Source: Candidatus Micrarchaeota archaeon (GTDB taxonomy: Archaea; Micrarchaeota; Micrarchaeia; Anstonellales; Bilamarchaeaceae). From it: 64,000 nt of DNA. Location: assembly GCA_038046805.1 (NCBI GenBank), contig JBBSVO010000003.1:147120-211119 (forward strand), in the 5' to 3' direction. Every line of letters starts with the position of its first letter. The stretch's first letter is position 1. This document shows, in pieces, positions 37,705-46,251 of the stretch. The position numbers and the translations under genes were made by a program. The notes below the pieces were generated by a model that was given only the letters and a program-made list of their open reading frames with translations, did not search any database and was not told the DNA's origin.

Positions 37705-39192
37705 GTGGAAATTTACAACTCTTTGAGTAGAAAACTGGATTCGCTTGGCACGGGCGACGGAAAGGAACCAAACCTTATGTACGTCTGCGGGCTTACGCCA
37801 TACGACCAAACACATATAGGACATGCAAGAACCTGTGCTGCGTTTGACACTGTGAAACGATATCTAAAACTGCGTGGCCACACGGTTTTTCATATCCAGA
37901 ACATAACGGATGTTGAGGATAAAATAATAAATCGCTGCAAACAAACTGGCGCAGACCCGAAGAAACTGACTACTGAAGTTCACGAGGATGCATTACGACT
38001 TTTTGATAAACTTTCCATAATTCGGGCAGATGAATACCCAAAAGTAACTGAACATATCCCAGAGATAATAAAAATAATAAAACAGATAATGGAATGTGGT
38101 TATGCCTATGAAACAAAAACCGGAATTTACTTCGATGTTTCAAAATTCAAGAATTATGGTGCGCTCTCTGGACAGAAAATGGATGAGATATTAGCTGGTT
38201 CGCGAAAGGAAGTGGATGAAACAAAAGACGACCCCTCGGATTTCGCACTATGGAAAAAAACAGATGGAGAACTTATTGAATTTGACTCCCCGTGGGGCAG
38301 AGGACGACCGGGGTGGCATATTGAATGCAGTGCAATGAGCCTAAAGTACGCGCGGGGCAAAGGAAAAACGACTATTGATATTCACGGTGGGGCGAGAGAT
38401 TTGATATTTCCGCACCATGAAAACGAAATTGCGCAGAGCGAGGCGGCAACAGGAAAAAAATTCGCAAGATTGTGGATGCACACTGGATTTTTGACCGTGG
38501 ATGGGGAAAAGATGAGCAAGAGCCTTGGTAATTTTATCACCGTAGAAACTGCTCTTAATATGTTTGAACCGAATGCACTGCGCATGTTTTTTGCAATGAC
38601 GCATTACAGAAGCCCGATAGATTATAACGAGGATGCGATAAGGGCAGCAGGCGAGAGCGCGGAAAGGCTGCTCACCGCAAGCGGATTGATGGCAGAATCG
38701 GAAAAAGATGCGGAAAAGAAAAATAAGAAAGATTCCGAATTCCGCAAGGAAACGGATAGGCTGCTAAAGGAATTCCATGAACATATGGAAAATGATTTTG
38801 ATACTCCGAACGCGCTCGCGGCATTGTTCAATTTCGTAAGGATTACAAACTCGCATTGTAATCAGGGGGAGGTTGACAAAATCCAGTTGAAGAAAATTAG
38901 TAAGGAACTTACCGCAGATATTTCCATTTTTGGGATTGTAGAAAGAATCTCTGAAGGAATTGAGGATAAAAAAGATGCATTGGTGGAAATTGCAGCCAGG
39001 TATCCTGAACAGGAGAAAGAAAAACTTGTCAGCAAAACCGCGGAACAACTTATTGAACTTATTTTAGAAATTCGAGACAATGCAAGGAAAAAGAAGCAGT
39101 TCGCTGTATCTGATGAAATAAGAAAAAGGCTCACCAGTATAGGCATTACGCTGGAAGACTCTGCAAAAGGACAAAAATGGAAGACAACGTAA
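37705..39192 (+). CDS. cysS: Cysteinyl-tRNA synthetase
   Basis: YVCGLTPYD, HIGH, GRPGWHIECSAM, FPHHENE, KMSKS. Confidence 0.97.
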   Translation: MEIYNSLSRKLDSLGTGDGKEPNLMYVCGLTPYDQTHIGHARTCAAFDTVKRYLKLRGHTVFHIQNITDVEDKIINRCKQTGADPKKLTTEVHEDALRLFDKLSIIRADEYPKVTEHIPEIIKIIKQIMECGYAYETKTGIYFDVSKFKNYGALSGQKMDEILAGSRKEVDETKDDPSDFALWKKTDGELIEFDSPWGRGRPGWHIECSAMSLKYARGKGKTTIDIHGGARDLIFPHHENEIAQSEAATGKKFARLWMHTGFLTVDGEKMSKSLGNFITVETALNMFEPNALRMFFAMTHYRSPIDYNEDAIRAAGESAERLLTASGLMAESEKDAEKKNKKDSEFRKETDRLLKEFHEHMENDFDTPNALAALFNFVRITNSHCNQGEVDKIQLKKISKELTADISIFGIVERISEGIEDKKDALVEIAARYPEQEKEKLVSKTAEQLIELILEIRDNARKKKQFAVSDEIRKRLTSIGITLEDSAKGQKWKTT

Positions 39193-39219
39193 CAGAATAA
39201 CGTAACAAGACAACGTAAC
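39181..39219. repeat. 13-bp tandem repeat x3 (AAGACAACGTAAC-type) upstream of metal cluster
   Basis: aagacaacgtaac / agaataacgtaac / aagacaacgtaac. Confidence 0.75.
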
Positions 39220-39378
39220 GTATCGAAAGTATCAACCGTTACAAAAACAGTAAGCCTTTTAAATAGAACCTAATTAACCATTACTACTTTTGTAAAAGTT
39301 AAATGAAAAATTTATGATTGCGAGGTTTGTGTGGTTGCGACCACAAAACCATCAAACAAAATTTGAGGTGTATGAAAA

Positions 39379-40182
39379 ATGGCTGAGAAACCTGAAGAAA
39401 AAAAGAATGAAACGAAAATTGAGGAAACAACCCAACCACAGATTCCAATTCACTTTTACGTGATGCTCGGACTTTTGGTAGTTGTGCTTGCGTTCAACCA
39501 GTTTCAGATAATGGGACTTAGCTCGCAGATTGCTGCTCTTGGCAGTGTAGCTGCATCAACAGGCGGAAGCGCGTCTGGAGGTTCGTCTTCATCCGGAAGC
39601 AGTTCAAGCGGAACGGGTTCATCTGCTGAACTAAGCGCAGAGCAGGTTTGGGAGAAGATAAAGCCAAGCGGAGTCCCTCCGGTTTACGGAAAGGAGCTTG
39701 GGGTAAACTATGATGACACGGTTGGCGCGCTTGGAAAGCTCGCTGCACTTGATGATAGCATTACATATAGCAGCCTTAATGAAAAGGCAAAAACAAGATA
39801 CCTGAAAATCGGGTTTGCAATTGCATGTGAATACTGCTGTGGCGCAAAGTCGCTCATATTCTCAAATGGAGAAAAGGCATGTGGATGCCAGCACTCATAT
39901 GCAATGAGAGGAATTGCCAAGTATATCCTGAAGAACTATCCTGAAGAATTCACGGATGACCAGATAGTGGAGGAACTCGCCAAATGGAAGATGACATACT
40001 TCCCGAAGCAGCACATATCTAAGGCAATGGAATTCATGAAAGCAGGAATGCCGCTTAACGCGATGGATCTTGCCAGCCAGAAATACCGTGGATTCAAGGC
40101 ATCAACAGCAAGCTCTTCTGGTAGCGGAGCAGCAACAGGTAGTGGGGCATCAAGCCTTCCGAACATGGTTGGGGGATGCTAA
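39379..40182 (+). CDS. Membrane-anchored Cys-motif protein (CEYCC...CGCQH) ending LPNMVGGC
   Basis: N-terminal TM, Ser/Gly linkers, putative metal-binding Cys cluster; GAGGTG RBS. Confidence 0.8.
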   Translation: MAEKPEEKKNETKIEETTQPQIPIHFYVMLGLLVVVLAFNQFQIMGLSSQIAALGSVAASTGGSASGGSSSSGSSSSGTGSSAELSAEQVWEKIKPSGVPPVYGKELGVNYDDTVGALGKLAALDDSITYSSLNEKAKTRYLKIGFAIACEYCCGAKSLIFSNGEKACGCQHSYAMRGIAKYILKNYPEEFTDDQIVEELAKWKMTYFPKQHISKAMEFMKAGMPLNAMDLASQKYRGFKASTASSSGSGAATGSGASSLPNMVGGC

Positions 40183-40227
40183 GCTTGTTTCACGTTTTGA
40201 GTCTAGTGTCTAGGCGATGGTGAAATT

Positions 40228-40344
40228 ATGCCGTTTTGCAAAAACTGTGGAAAAAGGTTTATGGCATGCTGTGGAGACGAAGATGAGCACTGCAACGAGT
40301 GCATGAAATCTTCGGACACGGGGAAAAAAGAGGGCAATAATTGA
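40228..40344 (+). CDS. 38-aa Cys-rich metallothionein-like micro-protein (not in ORF track)
   Basis: MPFCKNCGKRFMACCGDEDEHCNECMKSSDTGKKEGNN; GGTGA RBS; paralog at 42105. Confidence 0.75.
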   Translation: MPFCKNCGKRFMACCGDEDEHCNECMKSSDTGKKEGNN

Positions 40345-40373
40345 AATTGAATGAAATATTTGGGGTGGAAAAT

Positions 40374-40610
40374 ATGGCAGTTGACAAGATGATGTTGCTG
40401 ACAATAATCGTCGGCGTATTGGTCGTAGTGGCATTGTTCCAGGCACTTCAGCTTGGGAAGACATCTGGAGAACTATCTGCAAAGAAGCTTGCAGTCGGTT
40501 CGGCCAGCAGCTCGGGTGGGGCATCAGCAGCACCTTCTTCAGGTTCCGGGGCAGGCAGTGCTTCAGGCGCAGGAGTTGCAAGTCTTCCAAGCATGGTTGG
40601 AGGATGCTAA
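40374..40610 (+). CDS. Small membrane-anchored protein ending LPSMVGGC
   Basis: One TM, Ser/Gly/Ala linker, same tail as 39379..40182. Confidence 0.8.
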   Translation: MAVDKMMLLTIIVGVLVVVALFQALQLGKTSGELSAKKLAVGSASSSGGASAAPSSGSGAGSASGAGVASLPSMVGGC

Positions 40611-40682
40611 ATTTCTTCTTTTTTTTATTTTTTATTTAATTTATCCGTACAAAGCAACAACAAGTAAGTGTATGGTGAATAT

Positions 40683-41312
40683 ATGGCAAACAATCTGACT
40701 GGGATATTCTTCATTTTCGTTCTTTCATCGCTCATTTTCGCGCACTCTATGGAGGACTGGAAGATCATAATATACAAAAGCGCGGGGTGCGGGCATTGTG
40801 TTCCGTATCTTGAGGGCTTAATGGACGAATTGACAAAAGCCGGCGTAAAGGACATACAAAACAAGGAATTTCTGGGAAATGAACAGGTACGGGTGGAACT
40901 TGCGAACCTTCAAGATAAGGTCGGAGTGCCGCTAAATTTGCAGGGGCACTTAGTAGTATCAATAGATGATGGTTCTGGATCCGGATACGCATTGTTTGAA
41001 GGCCATGTCCCACCAAAACTTATTGTGGATTTTCTGGCAAATGACCATGAACGCCAGCATAAAGGAACAGTAGTCACGCAGGATGCGATGGATCTTTCCA
41101 CGGTAAAGGAGTATTTCCATTTCAAGGACGGAATAACCAAAACGTGCGGAATAAATGAAAAAATAATTGATTGCGAGAAACAAGAGTCTCCAGCTTCCGG
41201 TGGTTCGACAGCCTCGTTTGAATGGACTTCCATTTTGATACCAGTGCTTATCGTCATAGTTCCAATGGCGCTTATCTGGAAACTCTGGAAAGAAGAGAAA
41301 AAAAGCAGTTAG
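40683..41312 (+). CDS. Exported thioredoxin-fold CxxC protein (DUF411-like) with C-terminal TM
   Basis: IYKSAGCGHC, GVP..L..H, FEGHVP motifs. Confidence 0.7.
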   Translation: MANNLTGIFFIFVLSSLIFAHSMEDWKIIIYKSAGCGHCVPYLEGLMDELTKAGVKDIQNKEFLGNEQVRVELANLQDKVGVPLNLQGHLVVSIDDGSGSGYALFEGHVPPKLIVDFLANDHERQHKGTVVTQDAMDLSTVKEYFHFKDGITKTCGINEKIIDCEKQESPASGGSTASFEWTSILIPVLIVIVPMALIWKLWKEEKKSS

Positions 41313-41324
41313 ATTGGTGTTTTG

Positions 41325-42080
41325 ATGGAACCATCCGAATCCCTTAAAATCAAGATAGGCCTGGTTGGGCTGTTTCTAGTGCTTGTAATCGTAGCGCTAA
41401 CATCCAGCAACGCAAATATTCTTCCGCTCGTGATATCAACCGGTTTCCTTGATGGAATCCACCCGTGCGGATTCGCAGTATTGTTGTTTTTCATAGCATT
41501 TCTTCTTTCAATCAAAAGAAGCCGCGGAGAAATAATGCTGATGGGCGGGCTATATATATTCGGAGTGTTTGCCGCATATCTGCTCATAGGATTGGGAATA
41601 ATACAGGCGATAACTGTGTTCCCGCCGCATTTCATGGCAAAGGCAGGTTCTGTTCTTCTGATATTCATAGGCATAGTGAACATATTTGACGCATTCACCG
41701 GAAAACAGACCTTGAAAATCCCGAAATTCTCCAAACCATTCATACAGAAGACAATTGAGAATGCAACCATGCCATCAGCGCTTATTGCCGGATTTATAGT
41801 CGGCTTGTGCGCGTTTCCGTGCGCAGGAGGAATTTATGTTGCGATTCTTGGGCTTATCGCAACGAAAATGGCAACGCTCGAAGGTTTCGCATACTTGATT
41901 ATCTATAATGTGATGTTTGTAATGCCACTCATAATCATGCTGGCACTGTCGTCAAACGAGAACGTTGTGGAGAAATTAGAAGAGGCAGAACGTACGAACA
42001 GGAAATTCTTCAAGATTGTTTTGGGGATATTGATGATAGCACTTGCCATATTCCTTTTGTTTGGAAATCTTCTGGTATAG
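41325..42080 (+). CDS. CcdA/DsbD-like cytochrome c biogenesis membrane protein
   Basis: DGIHPC and FPCAGGIY Cys pair, YNVMFVMPL. Confidence 0.82.
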   Translation: MEPSESLKIKIGLVGLFLVLVIVALTSSNANILPLVISTGFLDGIHPCGFAVLLFFIAFLLSIKRSRGEIMLMGGLYIFGVFAAYLLIGLGIIQAITVFPPHFMAKAGSVLLIFIGIVNIFDAFTGKQTLKIPKFSKPFIQKTIENATMPSALIAGFIVGLCAFPCAGGIYVAILGLIATKMATLEGFAYLIIYNVMFVMPLIIMLALSSNENVVEKLEEAERTNRKFFKIVLGILMIALAIFLLFGNLLV

Positions 42081-42104
42081 GACTGAGTCAAATAAAGTGA
42101 GATT

Positions 42105-42227
42105 ATGAAATGCAAGAAATGCCAAAAATTGTTCCTGCGATGTTGTGAAGGGGATGAACATTGCCTGGATTGCACACGGGAAATAGTAAAGGAGAAAATG
42201 AAGATGGCCGGAGAAAAGGGCAATTAG
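42105..42227 (+). CDS. 40-aa Cys-rich micro-protein, paralog of 40228..40344 (not in ORF track)
   Basis: MKCKKCQKLFLRCCEGDEHCLDCTREIVKEKMKMAGEKGN. Confidence 0.75.
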   Translation: MKCKKCQKLFLRCCEGDEHCLDCTREIVKEKMKMAGEKGN

Positions 42228-42240
42228 GGGTGATAAACAA

Positions 42241-42702
42241 ATGGTTCAAAACGAAAAAATACTTGGCAGCGCAAACGCGATAAGTGGCGGACTTGGGATT
42301 ATAAGCGCGCACAATCTGTGCCATAATGTATGCCTTGGCGCGATCGCATTTATAGGGGCATTCGGACTGACTGTTGATGGAATGCCGCTGGCGTTTCTTG
42401 CAGAGTACAACACACTATTTTGGGGAATGGCAGCATTCTTTCTTGTAATAAGCCTTGCACTCCATGCGACGAAAAAGGCGTGCTTTTCACAGAAGACTGT
42501 TTTGTTCAATGCTGGAATCGTGGTCGCAGGAGTTCCGTTCGGAGAGGTGGCACCAATTCACCCGCTTCTCTGGTTTGCTGGCGGGGCGATGGTAGTTGTG
42601 GCAATCGCCATGTTTGTTAAGGAAAAACTGGACGAACGGGCGGGCAAAAACGAAAAAACCGGGAAAACAAATCAAACGAAAAAATGCGAACAATGCGCAT
42701 AA
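42241..42702 (+). CDS. 4-TM protein with HNLCHNVC motif (MerC/MerT-like metal transporter candidate)
   Basis: Intramembrane Cys/His motif, C-terminal CEQC; GGGGTGA RBS. Confidence 0.65.
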   Translation: MVQNEKILGSANAISGGLGIISAHNLCHNVCLGAIAFIGAFGLTVDGMPLAFLAEYNTLFWGMAAFFLVISLALHATKKACFSQKTVLFNAGIVVAGVPFGEVAPIHPLLWFAGGAMVVVAIAMFVKEKLDERAGKNEKTGKTNQTKKCEQCA

Positions 42703-42718
42703 AGTTACGGGTGTTGAA

Positions 42719-43063
42719 ATGACTGAAACGAAAAACGAGAGGTATATTTTATACGGAATCGGAATTATCGCTGTTTTGATGCTCGGATGGGTTTTTTATG
42801 GATTCGTCTCCCCTCCGCAGCCTGCGCAATATCAGGCAAATGGTGCGGGTGCGACACATGCAACCTTTTCCCAATCCGGCAGTGGGGTTGATGACGAATG
42901 CGGAGATATTACCGATGCAAGCAATGTTCAGCATTTGGGGCATCATCCGGACCAGTTTGCGAACTGCCTGAAAAAAGTAAATCCGCAATTACTCAAACAG
43001 GCAACCGGAAAAACGCTGGATGAGCTTCTTGGCGGATCAACAGATATGTCTAGTATGCATTGA
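42719..43063 (+). CDS. Small membrane-anchored protein with His/Cys motif
   Basis: TM, then CG...NVQHLGHHPD...C. Confidence 0.65.
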   Translation: MTETKNERYILYGIGIIAVLMLGWVFYGFVSPPQPAQYQANGAGATHATFSQSGSGVDDECGDITDASNVQHLGHHPDQFANCLKKVNPQLLKQATGKTLDELLGGSTDMSSMH

Positions 43064-43100
43064 TTGATCAATTCATGGACTAAACAATCGCAGTGAGTAG

Positions 43101-43742
43101 ATGACACTTATATATAAGGTGTATATGGCCATTACGGCATTAGTTGCATTGTGGATTATTGCGACTCCGGTTCTTGCACATGCCAATAGCGAATTTTATC
43201 CGCAGTTATACAAGCTTGGGGAACCAATCTGCCATCAGAAGATATCACGATCTTTTTGCCTGTTCAAGGATACGAACGCAGGCGGAATTGCATGGAGTGT
43301 TGGGGATTGTACACCACAAAATGGAATCATGCGTGAGGACCTAAGAAGCGAGGTATGCGCTGATGGAAACGGAAAAATCGGGAAGGTTGGAAATTGTTCC
43401 GCACTCGGTGCAGATGGTGCAAAGATTGGATATAAATTTCCGGTAAGCGCACGGGATATTACGATTTATCTGGGCGCGTTTGTTGGGGGAATTGCGATGT
43501 TTGCCCTGAAGCGGCACGATAAAAAGGAGATTCTTCCTGCAATTTGGCTTATTCTTGCAATTGTTCCGATTGGAATTGACGGCACCGGGCAGCTTCTTGG
43601 ATTCTGGGAAAGCACAAACTTAATAAGGGCGATTACAGGAGGAATTGTTGGAATCGCAATAGCGGTTTATATGATCCCGATTCTTAACAAAATATTCGGC
43701 GGCAACAGAATGCCAGAAGGTCAATCACATGAAAAAACTTGA
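43101..43742 (+). CDS. DUF2085-like membrane protein
   Basis: ICHQKISRSF, PVSARDITIYLG, IDGTGQ, ESTNLIRAITG. Confidence 0.78.
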   Translation: MTLIYKVYMAITALVALWIIATPVLAHANSEFYPQLYKLGEPICHQKISRSFCLFKDTNAGGIAWSVGDCTPQNGIMREDLRSEVCADGNGKIGKVGNCSALGADGAKIGYKFPVSARDITIYLGAFVGGIAMFALKRHDKKEILPAIWLILAIVPIGIDGTGQLLGFWESTNLIRAITGGIVGIAIAVYMIPILNKIFGGNRMPEGQSHEKT

Positions 43743-46245
43743 ATTTCGCATAAAGGGAATGCATTGCGCTTCTTGCGCCGTGAACCTGGAGCGGGCGCTA
43801 GGCAAAAAAAGCGGAATAAAAAATGCAAACGTGAGTTATGCGCTGGAAAAGGCAGTGGTTGAATTTGACGAGTTAAAGATAAATGCGGAAGATATAGCAG
43901 ATATTGTTGAAAAACAGGGATACCGCGCGGAAATGAAAAAAGAGAACGTGGAATCACAGGAAGAAACTAAAAAATCCGAAACTGAAACGTTCCGCGTGGA
44001 AGGAATGGGCTCTCCCCATTGCGTGAACATTGTAACAAATGCACTGAAGCGTGTGAATGGCGTCTCGAATATAAAGGCCGATTTTTCAACCGAACGCGTA
44101 ACAGTAACGTTTGAGCCTCCCGCAGATTTCCTGAAAATGAAAAAAGCTGTTGAAGATGCAGGATATGGATTTTCCGAGATGGCCGCGAAAGCAAAGGCCC
44201 AAACCAAAAATCCAACAGAAAGTCCAGAAGATACTGAACGAAGGGAACGCGATGCGGAGATTATAGGATACCGCAATAAGTTCGCAATCTCGATGCTGTT
44301 TAGTCTTCCATTATTATTTATGTTTTTCAGGCACAGTGGAATACTTTCGTTTGCTCTTCCTGAATTTCTTGAAACAAACAACATGCTTGCACAGTTCATA
44401 CTCGCAAGCACAGTTGTGATTGTGAATGGAGACACGTTCATACGGGGTTTTCGCGCGCTTTTAATAAACAGAATGCCGACCATGGATTCCCTTGTGGCAA
44501 TAGGGGTTGGTGTGGCATACCTGTTCAGCGTGGCCGTATCTTTTGGTGCAATAGAAAGCACGGACCTTTATTATGAAGTTGGCGCACTTGTCATCACGTT
44601 TATAGTTCTTGGAAGATGGCTTGAGGCAAAGGCAAAGGGAAGAACTTCCGAAGCAATAAAAAAACTAATGGGTCTTCAGCCAAAAACCGCGAGGATAATA
44701 CGCAACGGCAACGAAATGGAAATACGAATTGCAAATGTGGCGGTCGGAGATATTGTTGTAATCCGCCCTGGCGAAAAAATACCGGTCGATGGCGAAGTGA
44801 CAGAAGGAGAATCCGCGGTTGACGAAAAAATGATAACTGGCGAACCAATCCCTGTAATGAAAAGAAAGAGCAGTATTGTTATTGGTGGAACAATAAACAA
44901 ACACGGGACATTCATGTTCAAGGCAACTAAGGTCGGAAAGGACACGATGCTATCACAGATAATAAAGCTGGTGGAAGACGCGCAGATGAGCAAGGCACCG
45001 ATTCAGGAACTTGTGGATAAGGTTTCGGCTTATTTTGTTCCGGTGATAATGCTTGTAGCAATTATTGCGTTCGGATATTGGTATTTTGTTGCCGCGCAAA
45101 CGTTTGAATTCTCCCTTATTATGGCCGTAACAGTTCTTGTGATTGCATGCCCATGTGCACTAGGACTCGCGACGCCAACAGCAGTAATGGTCGGAACAGG
45201 CTTGGGGGCAGAACATGGAGTTCTTTTCAAGACTGCAAAGGCATTGCAGGGAACCGGAAAGATAAACATGATTGTGCTGGATAAAACCGGGACTATAACC
45301 AAAGGGGAACCTGAGGTAACCGACATAATTACGCTTGCAGAGATGAAACAGATTGACATACTAAAAACTGCAGCATCTGTGGAAAAAGGAAGCGAGCATC
45401 CGCTTGCAGAGGCAATCATACGAGCGGCAAAACAGGAGAAGATAAAACCAGAATCCCTTGAAAAGGCAACAGGATTCACCGCGATTCCAGGATATGGCGT
45501 AAGGGCAAAACTCGGGCGGGACACAATTTACATAGGAAACAGAAAACTCATGGAAAAACAGAAAATAGCAATTGACCAGCAAACTGAGGATGAGCTTCAG
45601 CGGCTTGAAAACGAAGGAAAAACCGCAGTGATTGTTGCAGTAGGAAAATACGCTGTCGGAATAGTCGCAATTGCAGATACGCTAATGGAACATTCAAAGG
45701 AAGCAATCGCAGAATTCAAAAAAATGGGACTTGGAGTTGCAATGATAACCGGGGATAATAGAAGAACCGCAAACGCAATTGCTCGCGATGTTGGAATAGA
45801 ACCGCAAAACGTTCTCGCCGAGGTTCTCCCCCAGGACAAAGAAATCAAAGTTTCAGAGCTTCAGAAAAGTGGGAAAAAAGTCGCAATGATCGGTGATGGA
45901 ATAAACGATGCACCTGCACTGGCAAAGGCGGATATTGGAATAGCTGTTGGCTCTGGAACAGACATTGCAATGGAAAGCGGGGATGTTGTTCTTGTCAAAA
46001 GCGATTTAAGAGACGTGGCAACGGCAATTCGCCTTAGCAGGTTTGTAATGGGAAAGATAAAGGAAAATCTGTTTTGGGCATTTGTTTACAACGTAGTTGG
46101 AGTTCCAATAGCTGCGGGAATTCTTTACGGAGCATATGGAATTCTTATAAATCCAGCTCTGGCAGGGCTTGCGATGGCATTTAGTTCAGTTTCTGTCGTA
46201 ACTAATGCAGGTCTCATGCGGTTTTTTAAAGATAAACGAGAGTAA
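43729..46245 (+). CDS. copA: Copper-translocating P1B-type ATPase
   Basis: HMA GMHCASC, TGEP, CPC, DKTGT, HP, GDGINDAP, YN, MAFSS. Confidence 0.95.
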   Translation: MKKLEFRIKGMHCASCAVNLERALGKKSGIKNANVSYALEKAVVEFDELKINAEDIADIVEKQGYRAEMKKENVESQEETKKSETETFRVEGMGSPHCVNIVTNALKRVNGVSNIKADFSTERVTVTFEPPADFLKMKKAVEDAGYGFSEMAAKAKAQTKNPTESPEDTERRERDAEIIGYRNKFAISMLFSLPLLFMFFRHSGILSFALPEFLETNNMLAQFILASTVVIVNGDTFIRGFRALLINRMPTMDSLVAIGVGVAYLFSVAVSFGAIESTDLYYEVGALVITFIVLGRWLEAKAKGRTSEAIKKLMGLQPKTARIIRNGNEMEIRIANVAVGDIVVIRPGEKIPVDGEVTEGESAVDEKMITGEPIPVMKRKSSIVIGGTINKHGTFMFKATKVGKDTMLSQIIKLVEDAQMSKAPIQELVDKVSAYFVPVIMLVAIIAFGYWYFVAAQTFEFSLIMAVTVLVIACPCALGLATPTAVMVGTGLGAEHGVLFKTAKALQGTGKINMIVLDKTGTITKGEPEVTDIITLAEMKQIDILKTAASVEKGSEHPLAEAIIRAAKQEKIKPESLEKATGFTAIPGYGVRAKLGRDTIYIGNRKLMEKQKIAIDQQTEDELQRLENEGKTAVIVAVGKYAVGIVAIADTLMEHSKEAIAEFKKMGLGVAMITGDNRRTANAIARDVGIEPQNVLAEVLPQDKEIKVSELQKSGKKVAMIGDGINDAPALAKADIGIAVGSGTDIAMESGDVVLVKSDLRDVATAIRLSRFVMGKIKENLFWAFVYNVVGVPIAAGILYGAYGILINPALAGLAMAFSSVSVVTNAGLMRFFKDKRE

Positions 46246-46251
46246 CAAATT

